Shown: positions 18,440 to 27,941 of the stretch, one piece after another
Position numbering within the stretch: the first letter of the stretch is position 1
Layout: each line of letters starts with the position of its first letter
Origin: Polyangiales bacterium
GTDB lineage: Bacteria; Myxococcota_A; Polyangia; Polyangiales; Houyiibacteriaceae
Assembly (NCBI GenBank): GCA_045106895.1
Contig: JBGCFM010000001.1
Span: forward strand, 43,264 to 107,263
Direction of reading: 5' to 3'
DNA: 64,000 nucleotides
The notes under the pieces: generated by a model
Databases searched by the model: none
Told to the model about the DNA's origin: nothing
Seen by the model: the letters and a program-made list of their open reading frames with translations, nothing else
Translations under genes and position numbers: made by a program

Positions 18440-19451
18440 GAGAGCACTCAGCCCAGCGCTTGAGCGCGTTCGCGGCGGCACCTTCGTCAATGCTCGCCGC
18501 GGCCATCGCTGCACCCGCTTCAAGGGTACTGGCTGCCCCGGCGATAAAGAGCGCAGCGCCGGCGTTCGCAAGAATCGCGAGTCGCGGGCCGCCCTTTTCC
18601 CCGCCCAAGATGCGGCGAGCGATCTGAGCGTTCTCCGCGGCGTCCCCGCCCTGCAATGAACTCAGAGGGGCAGAGTCGAGGCCAAACGACGCGGGAGTGA
18701 CCTCGAACTCGTCGATGACGCTTCCGTTCCACGAGGACACATGCGTCGTCCCCGTCGGCGCGATTTCGTCCAGCCCACCTTCGCCATGGACCACCCACGC
18801 TCCCGCGATGCCAAGCTCGCGAAGCACCTCTGCCATCTGCGTTGTTCGGCGGCGCTCATAGACGCCGACGAGTTGGTGTGTCGCTCCCGCAGGATTCGCG
18901 AGGGGCCCTAGGAGGTTGAAGAACGTGCGCATCCCCAGCTCACGGCGAGCTGGAGCGACGTGGCGGAGCGCTGCGTGATGCGCGGGCGCGAAGAGAAACG
19001 CGATGCCTGCTTCACGGAGGCACGTTCGGAGAACGTCGTCGCTGCATTCCAGCTTCACGCCTAACGCTTCGAGAACATCGGCGCTCCCCGAACGACTTGA
19101 GACCGCCCGGTTGCCGTGCTTGGCCACACTCACGCCAGCGCCCGCGACAACGATTGCGCTGAGCGTTGAGATGTTGATGCTGCCTGCGCCATCACCGCCG
19201 GTTCCGCACGTGTCGACGAGGGGTCCCGTGGGTGCCAGGTCGACGCGGTGAGCCGCGTCCCGCATGGCCCGGACCGCGGCGGCGATTTCTCCCGGAGTCT
19301 CGACGCGCATCCGCAACGCAATCGCGAACGCCGCGATCTGAGCGGACGTGGCTTCGCCGGCGAGGACCTCGTTCATGACGTCCTGCATCTGCTCTGCCGG
19401 AAGGATCTCACCCTCCACCACGGCCGTCAGCGCGCTTCGAATTCTGCTCAT
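18432..19451 (-). CDS. trpD: Anthranilate phosphoribosyltransferase
   Basis: DTCGTGGDG, NIST, KHGNRAVSSRSGSADVLEALG, GLDE. Confidence 0.98.
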   Translation of the reverse strand: MSRIRSALTAVVEGEILPAEQMQDVMNEVLAGEATSAQIAAFAIALRMRVETPGEIAAAVRAMRDAAHRVDLAPTGPLVDTCGTGGDGAGSINISTLSAIVVAGAGVSVAKHGNRAVSSRSGSADVLEALGVKLECSDDVLRTCLREAGIAFLFAPAHHAALRHVAPARRELGMRTFFNLLGPLANPAGATHQLVGVYERRRTTQMAEVLRELGIAGAWVVHGEGGLDEIAPTGTTHVSSWNGSVIDEFEVTPASFGLDSAPLSSLQGGDAAENAQIARRILGGEKGGPRLAILANAGAALFIAGAASTLEAGAAMAAASIDEGAAANALKRWAECSHG

Positions 19452-20044
19452 CGGGGCCTCACACGTGGCCCTTGGGGCTCGTCAAACTCATCGTCGAACT
19501 CGTCGAAGCCCATCGGACGCGGCGCCGCCTCCTCTTCGTTCTCTTCTTCGTCATCGTCCTCGGGGCGACGTATCGCTTGAATCTCTGCGGCGAGGTCCAG
19601 TAACGCAGCCTCGGCTTGACGCTGTGCTGCGCTCGCCTCGACGAAGGCCAAGTCTTCGACAAGACCGCGCGCCAAGATACGAGCGTATGCCGCTGTGCTC
19701 GTCTCGCGTGCACGCAGCTTTTCGAGGGCGCTCGATTTCAGGCGACGGCCCAGGGCGCTGCTCACCTCCAGCGCCTCCACTCGCTCGATGTGACGCCTCA
19801 TCGAAGGCAGCGCGCCGCTCTCCAACATCTGGGCCGCACGAGCGGGCAGGTCGTCCGCGACGAATCGGTCCGCTTCTTCGAGGACGAGAATCGCTTCGTC
19901 CCCGGTGAGCGCCTCAAGAACCGCGTCCACTTCGCCCCGCTCGGAAGTCGTTGGCCCCGTGGGCTCGTCGGAGGACCCGCAGGCAGCGAGAGCGAGGGCG
20001 AGACAGGACGCAGCGAGTGCCCATGGCCGCGAAACCGCAATCAT
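19448..20044 (-). CDS. Hypothetical helical lipoprotein with acidic tail
   Basis: Lipobox LAAC; tightly coupled between hydrolase and trpD. Confidence 0.7.
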   Translation of the reverse strand: MIAVSRPWALAASCLALALAACGSSDEPTGPTTSERGEVDAVLEALTGDEAILVLEEADRFVADDLPARAAQMLESGALPSMRRHIERVEALEVSSALGRRLKSSALEKLRARETSTAAYARILARGLVEDLAFVEASAAQRQAEAALLDLAAEIQAIRRPEDDDEEENEEEAAPRPMGFDEFDDEFDEPQGPRVRPR

Positions 20045-20956
20045 CTACTGCTCGTTCGACGCGGGGTGTTCGCTGAGCTGTCCGCATCGTTCCCGAAAGA
20101 ACTTCTCGGTGCGCAGGTTGACGAGCTCCGGGTATTCAACGGCGACGTAGTGCGTTCCTCCGGGCACGACCATGATCTCCGCACCGGGGATCTGACGTGC
20201 CATCCGCTCAGCGGCGGCACGCGGAGTAAAGACATCGCGGTCGCCGGCGATGAGCAGCGTCGGGACGAGGACCGACGAAAGCACGTCGCTGGCGTCATGT
20301 TCCCCGAGAAACTCGAGGATGCGCATGTAGAGGCCCATATCGAGGTCTGCGAAGCTGCCTGCCAGCTGTTGGAAGATGTCCTCATCGAGGCTGCGCGCAG
20401 CAAGACCGATGCGTTTGGCCCACTGAACGGTCTCGGGCATGCCCACAAAACGTCGCGTTACCGCTTCGGCGATTCGAGGCATCGCGCCGATTCCGCGAAT
20501 CAGGGGTGGCAACACATCCCCCATGAACCCGAGGTTCATGACGCTTCGGTAGGGTTGGCCAGCGACGCCATTGATGAGCAGCAGCTGGGCGACTTTGCTC
20601 GGCTGTCGACGGTAAAACTCAAGGGCGACCTGAACGCCCATCGACCAGCCAAAAAGGGTGGCCTCCTCGGCACCTTCGGCTGCGAGCACCGCGAGGGCGT
20701 CCTGAACGTGATCCTCGACGCGAAGCGCATCAGGCGTTCCGGGAGGCCCGGAGCGGTACAACCCACGGTAATCCCAGGAGATAAAGCGCCGGCTGCCCTG
20801 GAAATAGCGGATCTGGTGGGACCAGGCCTTCCAGCTCCCCCCAAGTCCGTTACACAGCAGTATTGGCGGGCCATCCCCCTCACCGACCACGTGATAGGCG
20901 ATGTCCGTGCCGTCGAAAGACTGGACCCGTCGCTCTTCGACATCGAGTGGTTTCAT
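20045..20956 (-). CDS. Alpha/beta hydrolase
   Basis: SFDGTDIAY, WDYRG, GWSMG, GDRD, GGTH; start trimmed to ATG 20956. Confidence 0.9.
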   Translation of the reverse strand: MKPLDVEERRVQSFDGTDIAYHVVGEGDGPPILLCNGLGGSWKAWSHQIRYFQGSRRFISWDYRGLYRSGPPGTPDALRVEDHVQDALAVLAAEGAEEATLFGWSMGVQVALEFYRRQPSKVAQLLLINGVAGQPYRSVMNLGFMGDVLPPLIRGIGAMPRIAEAVTRRFVGMPETVQWAKRIGLAARSLDEDIFQQLAGSFADLDMGLYMRILEFLGEHDASDVLSSVLVPTLLIAGDRDVFTPRAAAERMARQIPGAEIMVVPGGTHYVAVEYPELVNLRTEKFFRERCGQLSEHPASNEQ

Positions 20957-21105
20957 GGCTGCAGACGGTAGCAGCTCGTAGTTAGAAATCCTGCCGAATC
21001 GACGTCTCAAATCGCCGCTCTTGCACCCTTGACTTGGTGACGGGACAAACGCTACGGTCGCGCCCCAGAGCCGCCTTTTTCAGGCGCCAGTCGAGAAGAT
21101 CAAGC

Positions 21106-22275
21106 ATGGCAGACGAGCCTAAAAAACCACGCAAAATCAAAAGAGACCTGAAAGCCCGTTTGGGCCGGACGATTGCTCCCAACACACCAGGCGCCGTCGT
21201 GCCTCCTTCGGTGGGTGGGGACAAGAAGTCGGGAGGCGTTGTACCGCCACCGAGCAGCGGAAAGAAGGGCGGCGTACCTGCACCGAAAATGGCGAAAGCC
21301 TCGGTGCCTGCGAACTCCCCCTTCGCGCCGAAGCAGCCGACGGCTCCTCCCCCCTCCAATGATCCCTTCGCCGCCGCACCCGCGGCGTCCGCACCTCAGG
21401 GACCGCAGCAGGTTCGCCTCGTCCTCGACGACAGCGCCGTGGACGACTCCGAGGTCGGCAAGAAGCGACGCGGACGGAATGCCATCCTCTTGGTCATGGG
21501 AGCTCTCGTCGGGCTTCTTCTCGGCTTCGGCGTGGGCAGCGTGATGAACGACCGCAAGACAACGAACCTTGCGATTCGCGATGCAAGCGCGATTCACGAA
21601 GCTGTTCAGACGGCCTCGAACAAGGTTCTTGAGGCGCAACGTTTGGTTGACCAGGCTGCTGCTGCAGCTGTCGCGAGCCCTCCCACGGTGGACTATGAGG
21701 CCATCGACGCCCTGCGGCAGATCGAGAAACCCTTCCCTGCGGACATCTTCTCGGGTCGCACTTACTTCCTCTTCGATCCCACAACGGTGGACGCCATCTT
21801 TGGTTACTACCGCAACACAAACGAAGCGTGGGCCAGCATCGAGTCCATCGTCGGACTCACCGCAGGCGAAGAGCGACGCACCCAGTTGAACACCGCCGCC
21901 GAGGCCGCTGGTGATTCCCGCTCCCTCATCGGATGCATTCCAGCCATCAACGAAAACCGCATGATGTGCAGCCTTGGTTTTGTGAACATCGAAGACGAGA
22001 CCGTCACGATTCGTCCTTCGCGTCGTTCGCGTCGCGGTGTCGAAAAGGTCATCTACGCGGGCCAGTCGCTTGAGGAGAATCCGGATCAGTACGTGATGCT
22101 CATCAACTCCGCAGGTTCACAGGGTGTGCTTGGCGAGCAGGCGACGCTCTTCAACACATACCTTCGAGAAATCGCCGGCCTCAAGCAGTTGCTTACAGCG
22201 ACCGTCGAGAGTCAGGGCGCCATCGAGAATGGTCTTGGACCGCTCGCTGCCCGAGAAGAGATGTTCGCGTTCTAA
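21106..22275 (+). CDS. Hypothetical bitopic membrane protein
   Basis: Pro/Lys-rich N-terminus, one TM (AILLVMGALVGLLLGFGVG), helical exported domain; followed by terminator. Confidence 0.8.
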   Translation: MADEPKKPRKIKRDLKARLGRTIAPNTPGAVVPPSVGGDKKSGGVVPPPSSGKKGGVPAPKMAKASVPANSPFAPKQPTAPPPSNDPFAAAPAASAPQGPQQVRLVLDDSAVDDSEVGKKRRGRNAILLVMGALVGLLLGFGVGSVMNDRKTTNLAIRDASAIHEAVQTASNKVLEAQRLVDQAAAAAVASPPTVDYEAIDALRQIEKPFPADIFSGRTYFLFDPTTVDAIFGYYRNTNEAWASIESIVGLTAGEERRTQLNTAAEAAGDSRSLIGCIPAINENRMMCSLGFVNIEDETVTIRPSRRSRRGVEKVIYAGQSLEENPDQYVMLINSAGSQGVLGEQATLFNTYLREIAGLKQLLTATVESQGAIENGLGPLAAREEMFAF

Positions 22276-22300
22276 AGGACGAGCGGACAACTCCAAAATC

Positions 22301-22331
22301 GGCCCTCCCTGTCTCGGGAGGGCCTTTTTTT
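22301..22331 (+). terminator. Rho-independent terminator
   Basis: ggccctccc-tgtctc-gggagggcc stem-loop followed by T7. Confidence 0.9.
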
Positions 22332-22410
22332 ATGCCGCGTTAGTCACAAGCGCAGCGTGGCCCGCTGGGTGAGGACCTTTAGGTCACCCAAGGGTGGTAT
22401 GATGTCCTAG

Positions 22411-23310
22411 GTGCCACGCTACCGCCTACGATATCAGTCAACGGACCTGGAGCTTCCTCCTGGAGAGTTCGTCATTGGACGTTCGTCAAGCTGCAGCCTC
22501 GCACTCGACGATGGTCTCGTATCGCGACGGCATGTTGTCCTTCACGTGGCCCAGCGGGAGCTTCAACTTGAGGACCTGGGCAGTCGAAACGGTGTCGCGG
22601 TTAATGGCGACCGAGTGAAGGGGCGCCGCGCATTGCAGCATCTCGACCGAGTCCAGATCGGTTCACAGGAGCTGCTGGTCCTCGAGTCCGCCCAGAAAGA
22701 CGCAGCCGCCACGCTTCAACTCAGCAATTGTTGGAAGTGCGGCCAGCTTAACGACCACGTGAGCGGTCGGTGCTCTCACTGCAACACGATCCTGGGTGTG
22801 GAGCCGTCGACGATGGCGGGTGGTGGTGGTCGACCTACGATCGAACTGGACTCGCGTGATATCGACGCTCAGCTCGATGAGCCAACGACGATTGGTTCGT
22901 CGTTCCATCTGCTCAAAGCCATCGCTGACAAAGCGTTGGCGATGGGTCGCTTCGACGAGGCGGAGCGAATCCTAGGCCCCAGCCTTACCCGGGTGAAAGC
23001 GGATGCCCAGCGCACAGCGGAGATGCACGAAAAGACGCGTCTGGAAGGCACCGACTTCGCCGTTCGCCTGATGGACGGCCCCAAAGCTACAGAATGGATG
23101 ACGTGGGTGTTGGAGCTTCACATGGAGCTGGATCTGGTGTTGGAGAAGAACACCATCGCCGCCCTGCACGTCGCCGCGCGACGGATGAGGTCCGCGCCCA
23201 ACCGCCTCCTTGAGACTTACCTTCGTAAGCTATCGAAGGTCGAGCGTTCGCCTGCGGAGCGCTTCCGCATCAAACAGCTCGAAGGGTTGCTTCGAGTCAT
23301 GCAGGCCTAG
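22411..23310 (+). CDS. FHA domain plus zinc ribbon protein
   Basis: IGRS, VSRRH, DLGSRNG; CWKC..CSHC. Confidence 0.9.
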   Translation: MPRYRLRYQSTDLELPPGEFVIGRSSSCSLALDDGLVSRRHVVLHVAQRELQLEDLGSRNGVAVNGDRVKGRRALQHLDRVQIGSQELLVLESAQKDAAATLQLSNCWKCGQLNDHVSGRCSHCNTILGVEPSTMAGGGGRPTIELDSRDIDAQLDEPTTIGSSFHLLKAIADKALAMGRFDEAERILGPSLTRVKADAQRTAEMHEKTRLEGTDFAVRLMDGPKATEWMTWVLELHMELDLVLEKNTIAALHVAARRMRSAPNRLLETYLRKLSKVERSPAERFRIKQLEGLLRVMQA

Positions 23311-23367
23311 GCTTGCGTTCCGCCAGCCAAGAACACTGGCTCTCAAAGACCGAAGCGAGCTGCGCGC

Positions 23368-24225
23368 CTAGTTGACGCCGAGGCGGCCCAGACGCTCTAC
23401 GGCCTCTGGCGGTGGTGGCGGCTTGAGCGTGTCGTGCTCGGCGCGTGCCCAAACGACGAACTCGTTGAGCACTTCCGTCGCGCCCTGAAGGCCGGCGATG
23501 TCGAGGGTCTCAAGGCGCTCGATGAGTGTGGATGTCGGAAAGACCGACTGCTGACGGTGCACGTTGAATGCCCAATGGACCCACTCAACGTCACGTCCCT
23601 GCTTCGCCAGGCGAAGGGCGTAGTCAGTGATCACCGTGAGCTGATCGATATCGAGGTGCTCCCCCGAAGTCAGGCGTTCGTCGATCTCGCGTGCCGCACG
23701 TCGCATCATTCGAACGGCTTCGTTCACGCGATCGGTCTTGAGAGCGCGCTCGATGACTTCGCCGAGAAGCTGGAAGGTCCAGGTTCGACGCGGTTCGACG
23801 ATGAGGCCGCTCATCGTCGTGTCTTCGTCGCGCACCGGCTCCCCGCAGTGAGGGCACGCGTGCGAACTCTCGGGAAATGGCGTCTTGCACTTCCCACACA
23901 CGGTCATGAAGCCGGTCGTGCGAGCCGAGCGCTTGCCGCGTTCTGCGACGTAAAACACCAGCTCCTGAGTACCAATCCGGACGCGGTCACCGTGCGTGAG
24001 GGCTATCGGTTTCTCGATCTTCGTCCCGTTGACCCGAACGCCGTTTCGGGAGCCAAGGTCGCTGGCTTCGACGAGATCCTCCGCCACGGTGATGCGCGCA
24101 TGGCGACGAGAGACCAAGGGGTCCTCGATGGTGATGTGGCACTCAGGGCTGCGTCCGATGACGACCTCCGGGCCGCGGAGGTCGAACTCTTGTAAGAGGA
24201 AGCGCAGCCGGTAGCGTTTGCTCAC
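23368..24225 (-). CDS. FHA domain plus zinc ribbon protein (paralog of 22411..23310)
   Basis: IGRS, VSRRH, DLGSRNG; CGKC..CPHC; start trimmed to GTG 24225 by alignment with the paralog. Confidence 0.9.
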   Translation of the reverse strand: MSKRYRLRFLLQEFDLRGPEVVIGRSPECHITIEDPLVSRRHARITVAEDLVEASDLGSRNGVRVNGTKIEKPIALTHGDRVRIGTQELVFYVAERGKRSARTTGFMTVCGKCKTPFPESSHACPHCGEPVRDEDTTMSGLIVEPRRTWTFQLLGEVIERALKTDRVNEAVRMMRRAAREIDERLTSGEHLDIDQLTVITDYALRLAKQGRDVEWVHWAFNVHRQQSVFPTSTLIERLETLDIAGLQGATEVLNEFVVWARAEHDTLKPPPPPEAVERLGRLGVN

Positions 24226-24407
24226 GTAGGAAGGATACCTGATCCGCGAGCTGCCTGTGCGCCTTTGTGGCGACGAAGAGCTTCCTGCGGTCGAAAGTGC
24301 TCCAGCGCTACTCAATCGTAGGGAGCCCCCAAAACGAGTTTTGGCGCCCCAAAGGGCGCCAAATGAAAACTCATATCGTTACCCTACGTTGCGTAGGAGT
24401 CGACTTC

Positions 24408-25379
24408 TCAGTCGAGACCGCGAAGGGGGTCGTCTGAGATCCCGCTGCGGCGGCGCATCGAGGAGGACATGGAGCTCGACATCGATGATGACATCGAGGT
24501 GTCCTCCGGCGCGTTCTCTCGGCGACGAATGTTGCCGGTGATGCGGTCCGCGATGTTCGAGTTGCTGTCCGAAGCGGTGTCTTCATCGCCGCGGGTGACG
24601 GCGTCGACGAGAGCGTGACCACGGTCGCGTCGCTGCGGTGGGTTTCGACGCAGTGTCTCGAGGTTCTCGAGGGTATCCTTGTGTTCGAAGACAAGGCAGT
24701 AGAAGCCGTAGAACTGGTTGTTGTCGAGGGCACGAAGGCGTGTATTCGCGTCCTGCCACTCGAGCCATGTCCGCTCGTCGCCGCCCTGAATGACGCGACC
24801 CGTTCGGGAGCGGCCTGGAGCTCCAAAACGGTTCGCCAGGGCTGCGGAGAACTGCTCGAAGTCCGCACCGGCAAACACCGAGGAGTCGAACGCGCGGTAC
24901 CACTTCCAGAGGCGTCCCTGGATGAAGAAGTAGTAGTCGTCGGCGTTCTCGCCACGAACGCGAACCATCGACTCTTCGTTGCGATGAGAGAACTCGTCGC
25001 GAAGGAAGCCTGTGTCATGACCGGATGTGCGTCCGTTGAACTCCACGAAGGAGTCTCGAATGCGGCGCACCTTCGTGCGGAACTCGTGACGCATCTGGTC
25101 GGCGGTCATCGCGTCGCGCGCTTTGTGAATTCGTGGGCGGTACTCGGCTCGAAGCTGTCGGGTGAAGTGCTCGACGAGCTGCTCCTTGGACCAGCCCCAT
25201 TCGACGGCACCCATCGAACCAGCGATGGCATCGGTTGTTGGAGTCTGTTCCGCGGGAGGCGCCTGTCGGCGTCGACGTCGCCTCTGCGCATCCGCGTCGT
25301 TCGACATGAACGAGAAGCCAACGACGATAAACGTCGAGGCAAGAACGGAAACAAACACACGTTTCATGACACTGGTCAT
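24408..25379 (-). CDS. Secreted hypothetical protein with (SMSS)n tail
   Basis: AGGAGG SD before ATG 25379; signal peptide ending ADA-Q; ends SMSSSMSSSMSSSMRRRSGISDDPLRGLD. Confidence 0.8.
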   Translation of the reverse strand: MTSVMKRVFVSVLASTFIVVGFSFMSNDADAQRRRRRRQAPPAEQTPTTDAIAGSMGAVEWGWSKEQLVEHFTRQLRAEYRPRIHKARDAMTADQMRHEFRTKVRRIRDSFVEFNGRTSGHDTGFLRDEFSHRNEESMVRVRGENADDYYFFIQGRLWKWYRAFDSSVFAGADFEQFSAALANRFGAPGRSRTGRVIQGGDERTWLEWQDANTRLRALDNNQFYGFYCLVFEHKDTLENLETLRRNPPQRRDRGHALVDAVTRGDEDTASDSNSNIADRITGNIRRRENAPEDTSMSSSMSSSMSSSMRRRSGISDDPLRGLD

Positions 25380-25488
25380 GGCTGAACACCCTCCTGTGGG
25401 ATCCACACGGAATCCCTCATCTTTTTCGCGACAGAACCCTACCACCAGGGCGAACTGCTCCACAAGGACGACAAAGGGCCCGAAACAT

Positions 25489-26322
25489 TCAACTCTCAGT
25501 CGGGTTCGGCGATTTCGCGGTCTGAGCGCGAATCCCTTCAACGTCCAGAAAGAGGAGCGTACCGCCGGCCACTGCCGCTGGCATGAAGAGCAGGTTGAGG
25601 CCCGGGATCATCAGAAGGAGAAATACCCCCGTTCCAAACCCAAACGCCGCCATGAAGCGCGTCTTGAGAAACGCCCAACGGTAGCCCGAGGACTTTCTGT
25701 GTCGGCACGCTGGCCAATCGATGTAGTCCATCGAGAGGTAAAGCGCCGTGAAGAGGAACCCGATCGTTGGATAGGCGAGTTGGCCGACGACGGGAACGGT
25801 GAAGCCGCAGCACAGAAGCGGACCCATCACACCGGCGAAGACAAGCAGCTTCGTGAGTTCGAGCCAGACGGTTCGCCCCGTGTCCTTAAGAACCGCCCCC
25901 AATGAAAACGGGGGCCCCTTCACGCCTGTCTCAAGACTCTCCACCGCTTCGCTGAGCGAATCGTTGAAGGGAGCCGCGATGACATTCGAGAGCGCAAGGA
26001 CGAGGAACAAGCTCGTAAACCAAACCGCCGCCGAGACGATGACCTCCAGGAAATTGTGGAGTCCGCGGAGCATGCTGGTGAAGAACCCGTCGCCCGTCGG
26101 CTCCGGCCAGACCATGTCCACGATAGCTTCCGAGTATGTCCAACTCGCCCACGCAGCCCCTGCAATGGCGACGATGGAGATGAGAATCGGGACGATCCAG
26201 TAACGAATCAGACCGGGGTGTCGGAAGTAAACGAAGCGTGCCCCGGCAAAGACGTACGTCAGCCCTTTCCAGAACCCCACGGAGATCCCCGCGGCGGCCT
26301 TTGTGACGGCACGGACACCCAT
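25489..26322 (-). CDS. EI24/CysZ-family membrane protein
   Basis: IAAPFNDSLSEAVE motif, multiple TM segments, DYIDWP, IPGLNLLFMP. Confidence 0.85.
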   Translation of the reverse strand: MGVRAVTKAAAGISVGFWKGLTYVFAGARFVYFRHPGLIRYWIVPILISIVAIAGAAWASWTYSEAIVDMVWPEPTGDGFFTSMLRGLHNFLEVIVSAAVWFTSLFLVLALSNVIAAPFNDSLSEAVESLETGVKGPPFSLGAVLKDTGRTVWLELTKLLVFAGVMGPLLCCGFTVPVVGQLAYPTIGFLFTALYLSMDYIDWPACRHRKSSGYRWAFLKTRFMAAFGFGTGVFLLLMIPGLNLLFMPAAVAGGTLLFLDVEGIRAQTAKSPNPTES

Positions 26323-27807
26323 CTACCCACCTCCAGAGAATAGGCCGCTGGCGAAGGGCAGGATGCTCTTGAGGTCCTCGTCGTTGAATCGAACCTGGAG
26401 ACCAAGGAAGAAGTCCGCCTCCGTGTTGAGTGCGTCATCCACGCCGGCAGCGATCCAAAGCTTGCTGACGATCTCGAAGGCGGCACGGATACGAAGGCGG
26501 GGAAAGCTCTGAATACCGATGGCGAACACGTCCGAGTTCACCTCGAAGCGGTTATTGAATAGGTGGAGGTCCACGCCCAAGCCACCTGTGTTTTCCATGA
26601 TGCCGAAGCGGAACGTCGCAACACCGATGCGCTTGGCGAGCTGCAGCGTGAAAAGAAGTGAGTTGCTCCGCGTCGTGCGAGTTTCGGTGTAGCGAGCGGG
26701 CTCCCCTTCGGCGGCGGGGCTTCGCGTCACTGTCGCCTGCGTCGTGTCGACACGACCACGTGGGTCATCGATGAGCTGGACGAGGAAGTAGCGACCTTCG
26801 TTAGGAGCGAGTCGAAGCGAGAAGTAGGTCTTGAAGGTGTTTGCGAGGAAGTTGTATTCGCTGCGCAGCTCCACAATCGTCTGAAGGCGTCCGATGCCCC
26901 CGACGATTCCGTTGAGACCTTCGGCGATTCCTTCGACTTCGTCGATGAGCGTGTCGTCGGCGGTGAGTCGGCCCACGGTTCCTTCTCCACGAGCCACGCG
27001 GTCGGTGACAACGCGTGCGTCCGCCAGCACGTCCTCGAGCTGTTCGCTCGCACGACGGATCGAGATGAGCGCGTCATCGACCTCTTCGACGCCGCGTTCC
27101 AGGCTTGGGCGCCCTCCTTCCACGATCTCGCGAACGACCTCACTCGTTTCATTGATATTCCGAAGCGCAGCGACGAGCTCCGGTCCGCCTGCGGCGGTGG
27201 TGGTCTCAATATTCTCGAGAGTCCGCCGAACGACCTGTTCGTTCTGCTGAATGGTGCGGTTCACCCCTTCGAGGGCTTCGCTAAGATTTTCGAGGGCCGA
27301 GCCCATTCGATCGCCGGCTTCGTCGTTGCCAAACTGGCGAGCGAGCTGCTCGGTGACGGCGCGAATATTCTCCGCGACGTCGTTCACCGTGGCCATCACA
27401 TCCGCGGCGCCCACAGCCTCCCCCGCAACGGTGATCTCTGCGCCTTCGGGCAGTGGCGTCCCGCCAGTTGTTCCGGGGTAGATCTCAAGCATCTTCTCAC
27501 CCAAAAGCGAGACGGATCGGAGTGAGACTCCCGAGTCCGCGAAGATCGGAACGTCCTCGTCGATGCGCATCGTGACCCGCGCACGGCCATTTTCGAGCGT
27601 GATGTCTTCGATGGTGCCGACGGGAATGCCTGCCACCACCACCTGAGACTTGCGGATAAGGCCCTGTGCGTCGGCAAAAAGCGCGTAGTACTCAACGCTA
27701 TCGCCGCCCGCTGCGTCCTCCTGGACGTAACGATAGACGGCGAAGACCGCGAAGGCTCCAGCCAACACCATCAGTCCGACGCGTGCGGATCGCCAGGTTT
27801 CGCCCAT
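26323..27807 (-). CDS. MlaD/MCE family protein with long helical region and C-terminal beta-rich domain
   Basis: N-terminal TM; FADAQGL..S.V.VAGIPVG.I..I, SLLGEK.LEI.PG (MCE domain). Confidence 0.9.
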   Translation of the reverse strand: MGETWRSARVGLMVLAGAFAVFAVYRYVQEDAAGGDSVEYYALFADAQGLIRKSQVVVAGIPVGTIEDITLENGRARVTMRIDEDVPIFADSGVSLRSVSLLGEKMLEIYPGTTGGTPLPEGAEITVAGEAVGAADVMATVNDVAENIRAVTEQLARQFGNDEAGDRMGSALENLSEALEGVNRTIQQNEQVVRRTLENIETTTAAGGPELVAALRNINETSEVVREIVEGGRPSLERGVEEVDDALISIRRASEQLEDVLADARVVTDRVARGEGTVGRLTADDTLIDEVEGIAEGLNGIVGGIGRLQTIVELRSEYNFLANTFKTYFSLRLAPNEGRYFLVQLIDDPRGRVDTTQATVTRSPAAEGEPARYTETRTTRSNSLLFTLQLAKRIGVATFRFGIMENTGGLGVDLHLFNNRFEVNSDVFAIGIQSFPRLRIRAAFEIVSKLWIAAGVDDALNTEADFFLGLQVRFNDEDLKSILPFASGLFSGGG

Positions 27808-27906
27808 CGCGGGGCATCATAGGCGGATGTTGAGTGGATGGCGACCCAAGGGGCCCGCTTTCTCTCGACGAGGGATCAGAAGGTGAGGAACGACGAATTC
27901 GAATCG

Positions 27907-27935
27907 TTGACCGTCGGCGCGACGATTGGCACCCT
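27907..27935 (+). promoter_or_regulatory. Putative sigma70 promoter, leaderless, for the cytochrome/DUF3570 operon
   Basis: TTGACC-N17-CACCCT with TG extension, 6 nt before GTG 27942. Confidence 0.45.
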
Positions 27936-27941
27936 CGTCCA

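Noticed and set aside
19616..20971. Long opposite-strand ORFs (e.g. 19616..20971, 45605..46960, 55383..56918, 58199..59392)
   Set aside because: They mirror well-supported genes on the other strand and show no recognisable motifs
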